DNA from: Prasinococcaceae sp. CCMP 1430
Lineage: Eukaryota > Plantae > Prasinodermophyta
DNA: 64,000 bases
Direction: 5' to 3'
Assembly (NCBI GenBank): GCA_013416795.1
Contig: RQSC01000023.1
Location: 193,458 to 257,457 of the forward strand
Position numbers and translations under genes: made by a program. The notes under the pieces were generated by a model. It searched no databases. It saw only the letters and a list, made by a program, of their open reading frames with translations, and was not told where the DNA came from. Below, one piece after another: positions 1-11,412 of the stretch. How positions within the stretch are numbered: position 1 is the stretch's first letter; every line of letters begins with the position of its first letter.

Positions 1-526
1 CACCCTTTTGTGTGTGGCTCTTCGAGTTCGTTGCTGTCTGAGTCGTGGCAGACGGCAGCATTCGCAGCTCGACCTTGCGTCTGAGTAGACCCCACACGAA
101 AGTGCTATCCTTGCCATCGATGGCGGCCCCATCGCCGCCGGCCTCGGCATTTTCGTGTCTCGTTTGGCGGCTCCTGTCGACCTCCCGCGCTGTGACCCCC
201 GGCTGCTGCATTCGCCTACCCCCTGGCGTGAGCGACTTGTGCTCCGTGCTGCGCTGCTGCCGCGCCTGTTGCCTGCTGAGCTCCTGCATCGTGGACGCTT
301 TCTTCGTGTACGCCACCTCGGCCTTATCGGGGGCATCGCAGAACACCGCCCTGCACCTGCTCGTCTCTTGCACATCTCTTTCCACCGCCCTCTTCTCCTC
401 ATCCGTGTACGCACCGCCGTGCAGGTACACCTGGCAGGGCTTGAGGTTCCCCTTTGTCTTGACTTGCAGCTGCTGCGACGCTGCGGCCAGTTTCGCGCCC
501 CGCGTCCCTTTGGCGCGGCTCGCCAT
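1..526 (-). CDS. Hypothetical protein, 5' portion (runs off window start)
   Basis: ATG at 526 opens a stop-free frame to the window edge (MASRAKGTRGAKLAAASQQLQVKTKGNLKPCQVYLHGG...); no family recognised. Confidence 0.55.
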   Translation of the reverse strand, partial: MASRAKGTRGAKLAAASQQLQVKTKGNLKPCQVYLHGGAYTDEEKRAVERDVQETSRCRAVFCDAPDKAEVAYTKKASTMQELSRQQARQQRSTEHKSLTPGGRRMQQPGVTAREVDRSRQTRHENAEAGGDGAAIDGKDSTFVWGLLRRKVELRMLPSATTQTATNSKSHTQKG

Positions 527-2054
527 GGCGTGCGGCGGCGCCGGGCACGGCCGCGGCTCGAGCTCGGCGCCCCGCCCNNNNNNNNNNNNNNNNNNNNNNN
601 NNNNNNNNNNNNNNNNNNNNNNNNNNNNNNNNNNNNNNNNNNNNNNNNNNNNNNNNNNNNNNNNNNNNNNNNNNNNNNNNNNNNNNNNNNNNNNNNNNNN
701 NNNNNNNNNNNNNNNNNNNNNNNNNNNNNNNNNNNNNNNNNNNNNNNNNNNNNNNNNNNNNNNNNNNNNNNNNNNNNNNNNNNNNNNNNNNNNNNNNNNN
801 NNNNNNNNNNNNNNNNNNNNNNNNNNNNNNNNNNNNNNNNNNNNNNNNNNNNNNNNNNNNNNNNNNNNNNNNNNNNNNNNNNNNNNNNNNNNNNNNNNNN
901 NNNNNNNNNNNNNNNNNNNNNNNNNNNNNNNNNNNNNNNNNNNNNNNNNNNNNNNNNNNNNNNNNNNNNNNNNNNNNNNNNNNNNNNNNNNNNNNNNNNN
1001 NNNNNNNNNNNNNNNNNNNNNNNNNNNNNNNNNNNNNNNNNNNNNNNNNNNNNNNNNNNNNNNNNNNNNCGCGTGCGCGCTCCCGCCCCACCCGCCCCGC
1101 CCCCGCGCGCGCGGTGCCGGCGTCGTTCGCCAGATTAAGGTTTCAGAAAGCCACTTAAAGGGTTTGCAATATTGGTCAAAATGCGTCCGATCTGGCGCAC
1201 GCCGGCCGATCCGCCATCAAAATGCACGCAAATGCCCCCCCCCCCCGCGGCTCGTCACCCTGTGCCAACGGAAACAGCAGTTGTTGGTGCTTTGTGCCGA
1301 GGAACGGCGTTGTTTTTGGTTTTGTTTCATTGATTTCCGTGCCGTTTCGACGTTCCGTGGATTCGGGCGCGCCCCGCGGCGTTTTTTGAACGGGGGCCGC
1401 CTGGGAGGGCGCGGGGGCGCGCGGGGGCCGCCCCACAGAGCGCGCGCCCGCGGGGGGAGGCCGCCTCGCCTCCCTCCCCGGGACGCGGCCCGCGGGAGGA
1501 GGGAAAGCATGGCGGCGTGGCGGGGCACGAATGCGTACGAGGCGGCGCGGCCGGCGCCGGCGGCGGCGCTTCAAGGCGTTTGATGTGCGGATTTGGGGTA
1601 TAGGGTTCATCGGGATTTGCGTGCTTTGTGATATTAAACGCATGCGGGGGTCTGTGGATAGGGTTTGAAGCGGCCCGGTCGGAGGCGCGCTTTATCTGTG
1701 GGCCGGCGGCTGCGGCGTCGCGCCACACTCCTGCCCGAGGCGCGCGCGCGGCGCGGTGCGGCGCTGCCGGCGCGGCGAGTGGGGAGGCGGCGGGGGGGGG
1801 GAGGGGGGAAGGGGTCGCCACGAGCGTGCTCGCACACGCTCGCGTGCGTGGAGTGATCCATCTGTGAAACAAGGGGGAGGCCAGGGGCGGGGTGTGGTCC
1901 CACTGCGCCCGAGGGTGTGTGCCCAATCGCGCGCCAGCTGTGCACACGCGCAGCCGCCGCGCACAACGGGTGGTGGTGCGCAGCGTGCGGCCGCCGCGGG
2001 TGAGCGCGGGCTCTCCCCCCCGTGGCCCCAGCGGGCCAGACGGCAGCGGGCGTC

Positions 2055-5000
2055 ATGGGGGGCGTCAAACGCAACGCTGAGGACGCGGGTGTGAGCAGCC
2101 CTCGCCGCGGCAGCGATGCGTCCCCTCGCGGCCGCCCGCGACGCGGCGAGAGTGCGATCGACAGGGATACTGTCAAGGCGCGCGAGGAGGCGAAGAAGGG
2201 GGGCACGCCCGCCAAGGGCGACATTGTGTGGGCCAAGACCAAGGGTTTCAAGCCCTGGCCGGTGCGTGGAGCGCACGGCTGCCGCTACGTGCGCGGCGTG
2301 GTGTGGTGCTGGGCATGCTTCCGCGGCGCTTTGGGGGTGCGCTGCGCCAGCAGGGGTGTGTGACCTAGCCGCGATGCACCCAGCGCTGACGCGCGCTTGC
2401 CGCGCGCTCGGCCCCTTGCCGTCTCGCCGTCGCGCGTCGCGCTCGCGCGCGGACCGCAGGCTCGGCTGCTAGATCCTAAGGAGCACGCCAAGGTCTCGGT
2501 GCCTGCTAACAAAAAGCTCGTCCTGTACTTTGGCTCGAGGCAGTACGGGATATGCCGCCCGGAGGACGTGGTGCCCTGGGCAGAGCTCGCGTCCAAGGCG
2601 GAACAGAAGGGAAAGGAACGTGCCCTCGTCGCGGCGATCAAGGAGGCCCAGAAGAAGCTTTTGAAACAAAACGGCGCCGGGAGCGACAAAGGCGACGGCT
2701 CGGACGCTCCTGCCAAGCCGGCGAAGCCAGTGGAAGCGCGCGCGTCCCGGCGCGACCGTGCCAAGGAGCGCGATGCGAACGGCGCCAAGCGTGCCGAGCC
2801 GGCAGTGTCGGACAGTGAGGTGGGCGGTACCGAGCGCGAGCGCAAGTCGGCCCGCGAGCGCGCGGAGGAAGCGCAGCTCCTGGCAGCTCTCGCCATGAGT
2901 CGTAGGGACACCGACAGTGCCAAGGGAGCGAGCGAGCCCGCGGACGGATCGGCGCCCGCGCGTCGCGCAGATGACGCCGGCGCAGCGGCTGCAGCAATCG
3001 AGCAGCCAAAGACGGCGCGCGAGGAGAGGCGCGCGGCGAAGGCAGAGAAGCTAACAGAGAAGCCGATGGAGAGGGCGGTGGAGAAGCTGCATAAAGCGGA
3101 GCAGAAGCCGCAGCCGGAGAAGCCAGGGGCGAAGCATGCGGGCAGCAGCGCTGCTGCTGAGGAAACAAACAACGGCGCCGTTGCCAAGGAGGGAAAGAAC
3201 GAGGAGGAGCCCGAGAGTGGAACCGCAGGCAACGCCGAAGAGACGCCCAGCAAGAGGAGGCGCGGCGCATCAAACCTCAATCGCGAGCTGGCCTCAATCA
3301 AGAGCGCTGAGGCGCTGGCTGAGAAGACGGACGAGGGCAAGGACGTGGGGCGCCGCGTGGGCATCTGGTGGGTCGATGACGGCTGCTTCTACATGGGGCG
3401 CGTGCTGGAGCAGAAGCGCGGCCGCTCGCTTGTACTTTATGAGGACGACAATGTTGAGGAATGGCTTCACCTCGACCGTGAGGTCACCAAGTGGGAGGAT
3501 GGGCAACCCGGGCCAGGGAAGCCCCTCGAGTTGAAGCCCAAGAAGGCCCATCCGACCGGATCGCCCAAGGTAACCGCGCGCCGCGACCGCTCTTCCAAGG
3601 GTGACAAGTCCACTCTCGGCGGCAAGGTAGATGCGGGCAAGAAGAGGCCGACCTCGCGGCGACCACGCGATGCCGCGACCGCCGCTGCCATAGAGGCTGC
3701 AGAAAAGGCCGAGGCGGCGTACGCGGCCTCGTCTCCGGAGGTCGGCAAGCCGGGCTGCCGCTGCTTGGCTGCGCTTGATGCGGTCGTTGCCACGCCTGTT
3801 TCGGCCAGCCTGATGGAGGCTCCTGGGGCCGGCGTGGACGGCCCCGGCGGCCTGAGCCAGGTGCGCGCAAAGCTCGCTGCGGGCGCATACTCGGACGAGG
3901 AGGTCTTCCATGCCGACATGCTCCAGGTGGTTGGTGCAGCAATTGAGGACGCGGCGGCCGCTGCCGAGCAGGCCGCCCTCACCGCCGAGACTGCCAGGGA
4001 GGCTGCGAAGGACGCGGCTAACGCGGCTGGAGCTGCATCCGACGCCGCGGATGACGCTGCCAATTCGAAGATTGCCAAGCTCGCGGCGGAGGCGGTGGCT
4101 ACCAAGGTTGCGGCTGAGCACGCCAGGATAAGACAGGAGGAGGTGCAGGCCCTGCGCGCCACGTACGAGGCCGTGTGGGACACAGCGGGAAAGGAGAGGG
4201 ACGCGAAGTGGCAGGCAGCGAAGAATGCGCGCGCGGCTGCGGACGCTGCCGAAGCCGCCGCCGCCGCCGCCGCGGCAGCGATGGCCCCGGAGAAGAAGCG
4301 CCAGCGGGGGGGCGCCGCGAGGAAGGACGACAAGGAAGCTGACGCCATCGCTGCGCTGCTTGGTGCGGCCGGTCAGGTCACTGGAGAGGCCAACGCCAAG
4401 CACAACAGTCGGCGCAAGCAGCGCAAGCCAAAGCCCGCCGCCGACCGCGGCCCGGCGCCACCAGTTGGCGGTGTGCATGGCGATTGGGGCCACGACCCTG
4501 GCAGCGCTGCGATGAAGCAAGGCCTGAAGGGCCTGCTTTTCGAGCGACTCAAGCAGGAAAACGCGGTGGGTGACGGCCAGGACGCAGAGGAGGGCCCCCA
4601 GGAGCCGGAAGCGTCACCTGAGGAGCAAGAGGCGCCTGTGCAGCCCGCACAGGCACCGCGCGCGCAAGTCCAGCAGGAGACGGCACCGCACGTCCAGAGC
4701 GCGGACCAGCAGCAGCAGGCCGCCGCCGCGGGTGCTCCGCTCATGGCGTTCCTGCAACCCACACTGGCCAGCCTCGCGGGGGCGGCCGCTGGCGCGAGCG
4801 CGCAGTCGCTCATGCAGCTGCAGCAGGCGTTGTTGCAGCAGCAGGCGATGCTGCAGCAAACAGTGCTGGCCGTGCAGGCGCTCTGGCACGAGGTCCCTGA
4901 TCCCTCGACCGGCCAGTCAGTCTGGGTGAACGTGGTCACCCGCGAGACATTGCCGCAGTCTCCGTTGCTGCAGCTGATTGCGCTGTTGCACGGTCTGCAC

Positions 5001-5714
5001 GCCTCGGTCCTGCTCCCGCTGCAGATGCAGCGAGACGGCACCGCGGCTGGAGTCGCCGCAGCGCAGCAGGTGCAGGCGCATGCTGCCGTGCAGGCGCAAG
5101 CTCAGGCTCAGGAGCTCGCGCGTGCGCAGACGCAGGCACAGACGCATACAGGCGCACAGGTGCAGGCTGCGGCGCAAGCGCAGGCCCACGCCGCCGTGAT
5201 GCAGGCGCAGGCCGCCTCGCACGCCAAGATGGAGGCACGCGTTCAGAGCCTTGCCAAGTCTCTCAGCCAGCAGGCGGCCGAGGTTGACGAGGCTCCGACA
5301 GCAGCCCAGCCCGCTGGCCCTCTCGTCGTCGAAGCGCACGAGGTGGCTCGGCCCGCTTCCGCTGGTGGAGAGGAGGGGGGCGCAGGTGCGAGCGCGGAGA
5401 CGGCCGGAGGTGGGGATGGGGCCTCGGACGCGCTGCCAGCGGCCGCCGAGCCCGCAGCGACGGATGGGCGCCCGCAGGATGCGCCCCCTGCAGCCGCAGC
5501 TGCCGACGGCCAGGCCCCAATGGATGAGGGTGAGGATGGCGCTAAAGCCGAATGGCAAGGGCAGCGAGGAGAGGATCCGAGCGATAGGGAAGGGAAGAAG
5601 CCAGAGCGCGCCCAAGCCCAAGCCGCCGATGCATCGGCGGCGGCGGCGGCTAGGGGCGAGGCTGCAGATGCCGCGATGGCTGTTGACGCCGGTGGCCGCG
5701 ACGAGGCCGCGTGA
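2055..5714 (+). CDS. PWWP + Tudor + bromodomain-like + WW chromatin-reader protein (2 exons)
   Basis: Exon 2055-2261 ends GDIVWAKTKGFKPWP; GT-AG intron 2262-2459; exon 2 completes the PWWP (ARLLD...LVLYFGSRQYG). Tudor-like VGRRVGIWWVDDGCFYMGRV..LVLYEDD..EWL; bromo-like LSQVRAKLAAGAYSDEEVFHADM; WW-like WHEVPDPSTGQSVWVNVVTRET; Q/A-rich tail. Confidence 0.85.
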
Positions 5715-6006
5715 GGGTCCGCCCGAATCAAACGTCGGTAGTGGCCTATTTTGCTACCATGTTGTCATGCGCACAATTTGGAGGTGGGCAGTTTGCGAGC
5801 CTCCGCCCAGTACACTGCGTAAGAGCACTGTTATCGGGGCGAAGGCACGACCGCCGCAGCGCCCGCGCGCGCCCTTGCGCGGACGCTGCGCCCGCCGCTC
5901 GACACGAATTTTTGGCTACCGAGTCACTGCTGCTCGCTACATAGGCAAAGAGTAGGAACTACTGGCTGGGGAGAGGGTGGCGGCGACACGCATCGCTGCG
6001 CACGGC

Positions 6007-6667
6007 CTACAGGTCATACGAGATGGACCAAGTGTCCCTGAAGTTGGTGTTCAGGGTCCAGTTGTTCTCGCGGATCTGGCCGTACGGCTGCTTGTTGGCG
6101 AGATCGTACCCGAGCTGTAGGCGCAGGTCCTGGTCCTCGGTAAAGTTGAAGATCTTCTGCGAGAGCTCGAGCTTGGACTTCCACATGTGCGCCTTGCGAC
6201 CCGGGGCGTAGGCATAGGCGGCCTGCGGTGCGCGCGCGGCGACGCCGGCGGTGGTCGTGCATGCGCTCGTCAGGTACGTTGCGTTGACCACCACCCCGCC
6301 CATCCGTCACCTCCCACGCGCGCCGCGAGCAGCGGGGGCGCGCGCGCCGCGTCTGCTGAGCGCTCGCGCGGCGCACCTTGAGGTCCACGCTCAGGAGTCC
6401 ATCCGAGCTCAGCTCGAACGTCTTGCGCGCGGACGCGCCGTACGAGAGTTGCTCGATGTCGCTCTCGTACTTGGCGCCCATGTCGACGCGCGTGTTGATC
6501 TCAGGGAAGAACTTGCGGCGCAGCTTGGCCTTCCCCGAGAAGCGGCCGTCGTCGGTGGCGATCTTCCCCGACACCGTCAGCACCACGTTGTCGTCGGACA
6601 CGAAGTTCTCCTTGGCGTGCAGGAAGAGCTTGCGCTGGGCGCTGTCGAAGCGCAGCGAGGTTTCCAT
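6007..6667 (-). CDS. OEP21: Chloroplast outer envelope pore protein 21 (2 exons)
   Basis: METSLRF...HAKE N-terminus and EDQDLRLQLGYD..KQPYGQIRENNWTLN...WSISYDL C-terminus match OEP21; intron 6223-6376. Confidence 0.9.
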
Positions 6668-7954
6668 GGCGGCCGGACCCGTCCCCCCCCCGAGCTTGTG
6701 GCTCCCGCTCCCCGCACCAAGCAGCCAGTACTTCACGCCGCGCGCGCCGTGCGCGCCGTGCGCGCCTGTGGCGCCGATCCTCCCGCCCTCGCAACCCGGC
6801 CCAACCAATCGCCCCATCCCGCGCCCCTCCCGCGTGCACCCCCCTCCTCCTACACCCCTCCCCCCCACGCCTTCCCCCAGTCGGGTGGAGAGGGGGGGCG
6901 GGGCGCCTCGGCACCCCGCCTGCGAGGGCGCGCCCGCGCCCCGCCTGGCTGCTCGCCGGAGATACCCGACGCCGGATTGTAGATAACGGCTCGACGCCGC
7001 CGGACGGCCAACATGCGCGGCCAACATGCGCATGCCAGCCAGGCTGCCAGCCAGCCAGCCCCCGCCGCCTCTGCTGCCGCCGGCCGCCGGGTGATTGGGA
7101 GGGGTCTGGGCCTGCGCCGGATGCGGCGTACCGTCGCGACGGGCGGGGCGCAGGCAGGTGTTTCCCCCGGGTACGGACGGTGTGGTGGGTGCTGGCTGGC
7201 TGGCTGGCTCGTCCGCCCTCGCGCGCGCCCGCGGCGACCGCCGACCGACGACGACCGACGACCCGCCGGAGCTGGATCCGGAGCTGGGCTCGGGACGGCG
7301 CTGCGCCGCGGGGGGGAGCGCGAATTTCCAGCGGTGCGAACTTTGTTCGTTCGGTCGTTTGGTTGGTTGGTTGTGTGTGTGGTGGGTTGGTTGTTTTTCG
7401 CATCCCGTTGTTTCCGGTTTCCGGTTCCGTTTCGATTTCCCTGTCGGATAGGCGATTTGGTTGGTTGGTTGGCGGGGCGGCGCGGGCGCGGCGGATTTCG
7501 CGGCGCGCCCGCCGCGTTTTCTGACGGAAGGCGAGCGGCGCGCGGCGCGCGCGTTGCGTTGCGTGTCGCGCGCGNCCGTCTGCGACACTGGCCGCGCGCC
7601 CTCGGCCGCATCGCACCACAGCAGCAGGAGCTTGACGCCAGAGGGCACAGCGGCGGCTTGGGGTCCAGCCCCTGCCGCCCCCCCGGCCGCCGCCCCCGCC
7701 GCCGCCGCCGCCAGCCGCAGCAGGCAGGAGGGGGCGGCGTGCGCACGGCAGGGGGGGAAAGGCGCGGCGAGCGCGCTCCGGCGGGGAAAGGAGGCGCGTG
7801 AGACCTCCCTGGTGCTCCCCGCAGTGAGCCACCTCGCGGCGGCCGCCGGCGGGCGAGCGGCCAGTCCCAGCGCAACCGCTGCGACGGGCGGTGCGCGCGG
7901 CCGCGCGGTCCTGCCGGTGCGTCGAGCGGCGCCGCGGGGGCAGCGGAGGTGGCG

Positions 7955-10900
7955 ATGAAGCGCCAGCCGAGCAAGACGCTGGCCGATGCCGTGGCCGGCT
8001 ATCAGAGCGAGGAGAGGCGCGAGGCCGCGGCGCTTGCCATGCTCGCCAGCGACGGCGGAGACGACGGCGGAGGCCAAGGCGGAGGCCAAGGCGGAGGCCA
8101 AGGCGGAGGCGGCGCGGGGGACGGCCGCGCGGGCGCGGCGCAGGGCGGCGGGGGCGGCACGGACGCCGTGCCAATAGCACAGTGGCGGCCGCGCAGGCGC
8201 TACAAGGACGCCTCAGGGACCTCGTGGAAGGTCAATGACCCGCGTGCATTGAAGCAAGTGTACGACAGCTGCACGCCTCCGCTCTCGCCGTCGGCGCACT
8301 ACAAGGCGGGCGCCCCCAGAATGGACACCTCCAGGCCCCGCGGTGCGGCGAAGGAGGCGGCCTCTGGGGCTGCGAGCGTCAACCCTGCGGCGGTGGCGCA
8401 GCAAGGCAGGCAGCACTCGCTCCTTGCCGAGAGGCTCGCACAGGCCGAGGCCGGCGACGCGAGCGATGGTTTGGAAGGGGGACCCGAGCAGATGCTTGCA
8501 CTCACGCGTCGCCTAAGCAAGGAGGTGCGCATCAGCGCAGAGGGTGCGCCCGAGGAGCCCATGGACACCACTGCCCTTGCTGGAGGACAGCTGTACGACG
8601 CCGCGGTGCGCGCGGCCGCGGAGGCCATAGAGCATGCGTCGAAAGGCCAGGGGCCTCGAGAGCAAGGGAAGGCGGCAGATGCTGGCGTTGGTGCAGGCGC
8701 GAGCGCGTCCGGGGGGGCGCCCTCCAGTGTGTTCGGCGCAGGGTACCACATCCCGCACGCGACGGCGCCAGACCCGAACGCGCGCCTGACGGTCAAGAGC
8801 GAGGTTCTGCCGAGCGGCATGCCGGCTGTGACCGGCCTCTCGCTGACAACAGAGGTGGAGACCCCCGCTTCTCCTTCGTTTCGACGCTCCGAGAATTCGG
8901 CCGGCGGCGCGTTCCAGACTGCGTCCACGTCCGCGTTCAGCGCACCAACTGCCGAACAGCTCCAGGAGGCGCTGCAACAGATGGAACAGCAGCAGCCTCC
9001 GACGGCGATGCCAACGGCCAGCGTGCTTCCGCAGCTTGACGTGGCTGACATTCGGGCCGCCATGGAGCGGCTCGTGCAGAGTCAGCACGCGTTCCTGGCA
9101 GCACACGCGCAGCCGTTGGAACTGCCGTGCGTGCGTGAGCCTGCGGACAGGAAGGGAAAGGCAAAGCTGTCACCCGAGATGCGACGCGTGACGAATGCTG
9201 GCGATGTCTTCGTGCCTGTGAGGCTCCCGGCGGGGGTGACGCTGGATGACCTGCGCGAGGCGATACGCAATATCGGCCAAGACCCGTCGAAGGTCTTCGG
9301 CGTCGGGCAGCCTGGCGAGCAGAACCCCGCGCCCGGGACGCGAAAGGCCCGCAGCACAGGTGGTGCCGCGGTAGGCGCTGAAACAGAGCCACAGCCCGGA
9401 GCTGGCAAGAGCCGCGGACGTGGCAGCCGAAGCGGCCGCCACCGCAGCCGAGGACATGGCGACGTCAGCCCTCGTGATGCTTTCGAGGCTCGCGTCGATG
9501 CCGACGGCAGCGGGCAGAAACAGGCGAGCGAGCCTGTGTTCAAGCCAGCTCGCAGGGCAGCCAAGCCGCAGCGTGAGACGACTGTGCCGGCGGGGACGCT
9601 ACCAAAGTCGCAGGTGTCTGCCCCCGTCTCGGCAGACGTGCCCATCCCCGCTGATGTGCACGACGAATCCGAGGCCTTCGACATGGACGTTGGCGAAGAC
9701 GAGCCCGATGAAGACGGGCCCGATGAGCTGCCGTTCGGGCTGTCGCCGGGAGGGATGCGCATTCTGCAGTACTCGCACGGGACGCGCCGCGCAGGTCGCC
9801 TTGCTGGGCAGCACGCGCGTGCCGCTGGCACGTCGCGGCCGGCTGCGCGTCGACGAGCGCCACCCGAGGGTCGCTCGGCCTACGCTCCAAGGGAAGGCGA
9901 CGCGCACGTCGGGCTCGTGTACGACGACGCGATGCTGCTACACAAGGCACCAGTCGAGCACCACGAGTCTCCGGAGCGCTTGACGGCTGTCTTCGCGCGC
10001 CTGCACTCGGAGCAGCTCCTCCACCGCTGTGCGCGCATACGCAGCCGAGAGGCTTCAAATGCGGAGCTCCTGCGCGTCCACACTGCGGACCACATTGCGG
10101 AGATGGAGGGTGCATTCGACAAGGACGGGCCCGAGATCCAGGTGCCGCCTACCAAGCTCGGTGACATTTACTTCACGGCAGGCACCGTCAAGGCCGCCAG
10201 GATGGCAGCTGGCTGCACCATCGAGGCGTGCGAGCGTGTACTAAATGGTGACGTCGAGCGCGCGTTCGCCATCGTGCGCCCGCCGGGGCATCACGCTGAG
10301 TGCTGCCAGGCGATGGGCTTCTGTTTCTTCAACAACTGCGCTGCGGGTGCCGCTGCAGCTGTCGCCGCCGGCCACAAGCGCGTGCTCGTGTTCGATTGGG
10401 ATGTACACCACGGCAACGGGACGCAAGCGATCTTCGAGGAGGACCCGCGGGTGCTCTACATGAGCCTGCACCGCTTCACAGACGACGCTTCGTTCTTCCC
10501 TGGCACGGGTGATGCCGACGACGTAGGGGAGGGCGATGGGGAGGGCTTCAGTGTCAACGTTCCATGGCGCGATCGCGGCTTGGGGGCTGAGGATTACCAA
10601 GCGGCATTCGAGCACGTGCTCATGCCGATTGCCCGGGCATTCGCGCCCGAGCTTGTGCTGGTGAGCGCCGGCTTCGACGCCGCCATAGGTGACCCCATCG
10701 GCGGGATGAAACTCTCACCTGCTGCGTACGCGCACATGACCAGCGAGTTGTTGGGGCTCGCCGACTCTAAAATGGTGGTGACTCTCGAGGGTGGTTACAG
10801 GCCCGACGCCGTGGCGCTGTGCGCGGAGGCCGTCGTTCGCTCGCTTCTCGGCGAAAAAGTCCCGCCCCCCAAGGTGAGGAAGCATTGCAAAGCGTCGACC

Positions 10901-11260
10901 GCAGATACGCTCGAACGCGTTGCTGAAGTGCAGCGGCAATATTGGCCCTGTCTTCGCGAGGCTGGAGCCAAGGAGCGCCTGCAAGAGTTTCTGGACCGCA
11001 CGCGGCAACAGACGCAGAGCGACAGCAACAACTCCAATAGCGGCAGTGCCGACACGCGCGGCGTGAGCGTGCAGGCAAGCGTTGGCGACTCAACCGTGTC
11101 CTCGCGTCCTGGCACGATGCCCAAGCGCGGGGGTGGGCACGCACAGAGTGCCGTGGTGGCTCGAGGGGGTGGGCTCTCGCGTATGGGGCCCGTCGCCGAC
11201 ACGCCCTCCCCATGGGGTGCGAGGCGCGCTCGCTCTCAGCCTCCCAACATGGCCGCGTGA
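7955..11260 (+). CDS. Class II (HDA1/RPD3 family) histone deacetylase with long low-complexity N-terminus
   Basis: HHESPERL, RPPGHHA, GFCFFNN, DWDVHHGNGTQ, SAGFDA, LEGGY catalytic motifs; single long ORF. Confidence 0.93.
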   Translation: MKRQPSKTLADAVAGYQSEERREAAALAMLASDGGDDGGGQGGGQGGGQGGGGAGDGRAGAAQGGGGGTDAVPIAQWRPRRRYKDASGTSWKVNDPRALKQVYDSCTPPLSPSAHYKAGAPRMDTSRPRGAAKEAASGAASVNPAAVAQQGRQHSLLAERLAQAEAGDASDGLEGGPEQMLALTRRLSKEVRISAEGAPEEPMDTTALAGGQLYDAAVRAAAEAIEHASKGQGPREQGKAADAGVGAGASASGGAPSSVFGAGYHIPHATAPDPNARLTVKSEVLPSGMPAVTGLSLTTEVETPASPSFRRSENSAGGAFQTASTSAFSAPTAEQLQEALQQMEQQQPPTAMPTASVLPQLDVADIRAAMERLVQSQHAFLAAHAQPLELPCVREPADRKGKAKLSPEMRRVTNAGDVFVPVRLPAGVTLDDLREAIRNIGQDPSKVFGVGQPGEQNPAPGTRKARSTGGAAVGAETEPQPGAGKSRGRGSRSGRHRSRGHGDVSPRDAFEARVDADGSGQKQASEPVFKPARRAAKPQRETTVPAGTLPKSQVSAPVSADVPIPADVHDESEAFDMDVGEDEPDEDGPDELPFGLSPGGMRILQYSHGTRRAGRLAGQHARAAGTSRPAARRRAPPEGRSAYAPREGDAHVGLVYDDAMLLHKAPVEHHESPERLTAVFARLHSEQLLHRCARIRSREASNAELLRVHTADHIAEMEGAFDKDGPEIQVPPTKLGDIYFTAGTVKAARMAAGCTIEACERVLNGDVERAFAIVRPPGHHAECCQAMGFCFFNNCAAGAAAAVAAGHKRVLVFDWDVHHGNGTQAIFEEDPRVLYMSLHRFTDDASFFPGTGDADDVGEGDGEGFSVNVPWRDRGLGAEDYQAAFEHVLMPIARAFAPELVLVSAGFDAAIGDPIGGMKLSPAAYAHMTSELLGLADSKMVVTLEGGYRPDAVALCAEAVVRSLLGEKVPPPKVRKHCKASTADTLERVAEVQRQYWPCLREAGAKERLQEFLDRTRQQTQSDSNNSNSGSADTRGVSVQASVGDSTVSSRPGTMPKRGGGHAQSAVVARGGGLSRMGPVADTPSPWGARRARSQPPNMAA

Positions 11261-11412
11261 GGCGCGCACGCACACTCATAATGCACGCGGTGACTTTCAA
11301 GTCACTTTTATCGTCTCCTCTCTTCGACCCCGCGCTGATGCCAAGGGCGTGCGGTAAGAAAGGGCCTTGCCTTACACAACAAAAATGGCGCGGCAGTGTG
11401 TGGCGGCGGCGA

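Noticed and set aside
3294-5731. Many long antisense and alternate-frame ORFs here and across the window (e.g. 19797-21287, 59811-62078 as one ORF)
   Set aside because: Shadow ORFs expected from high GC and stop-codon scarcity; Ala/Arg/Pro-rich with no motifs, and overlapping well-supported genes
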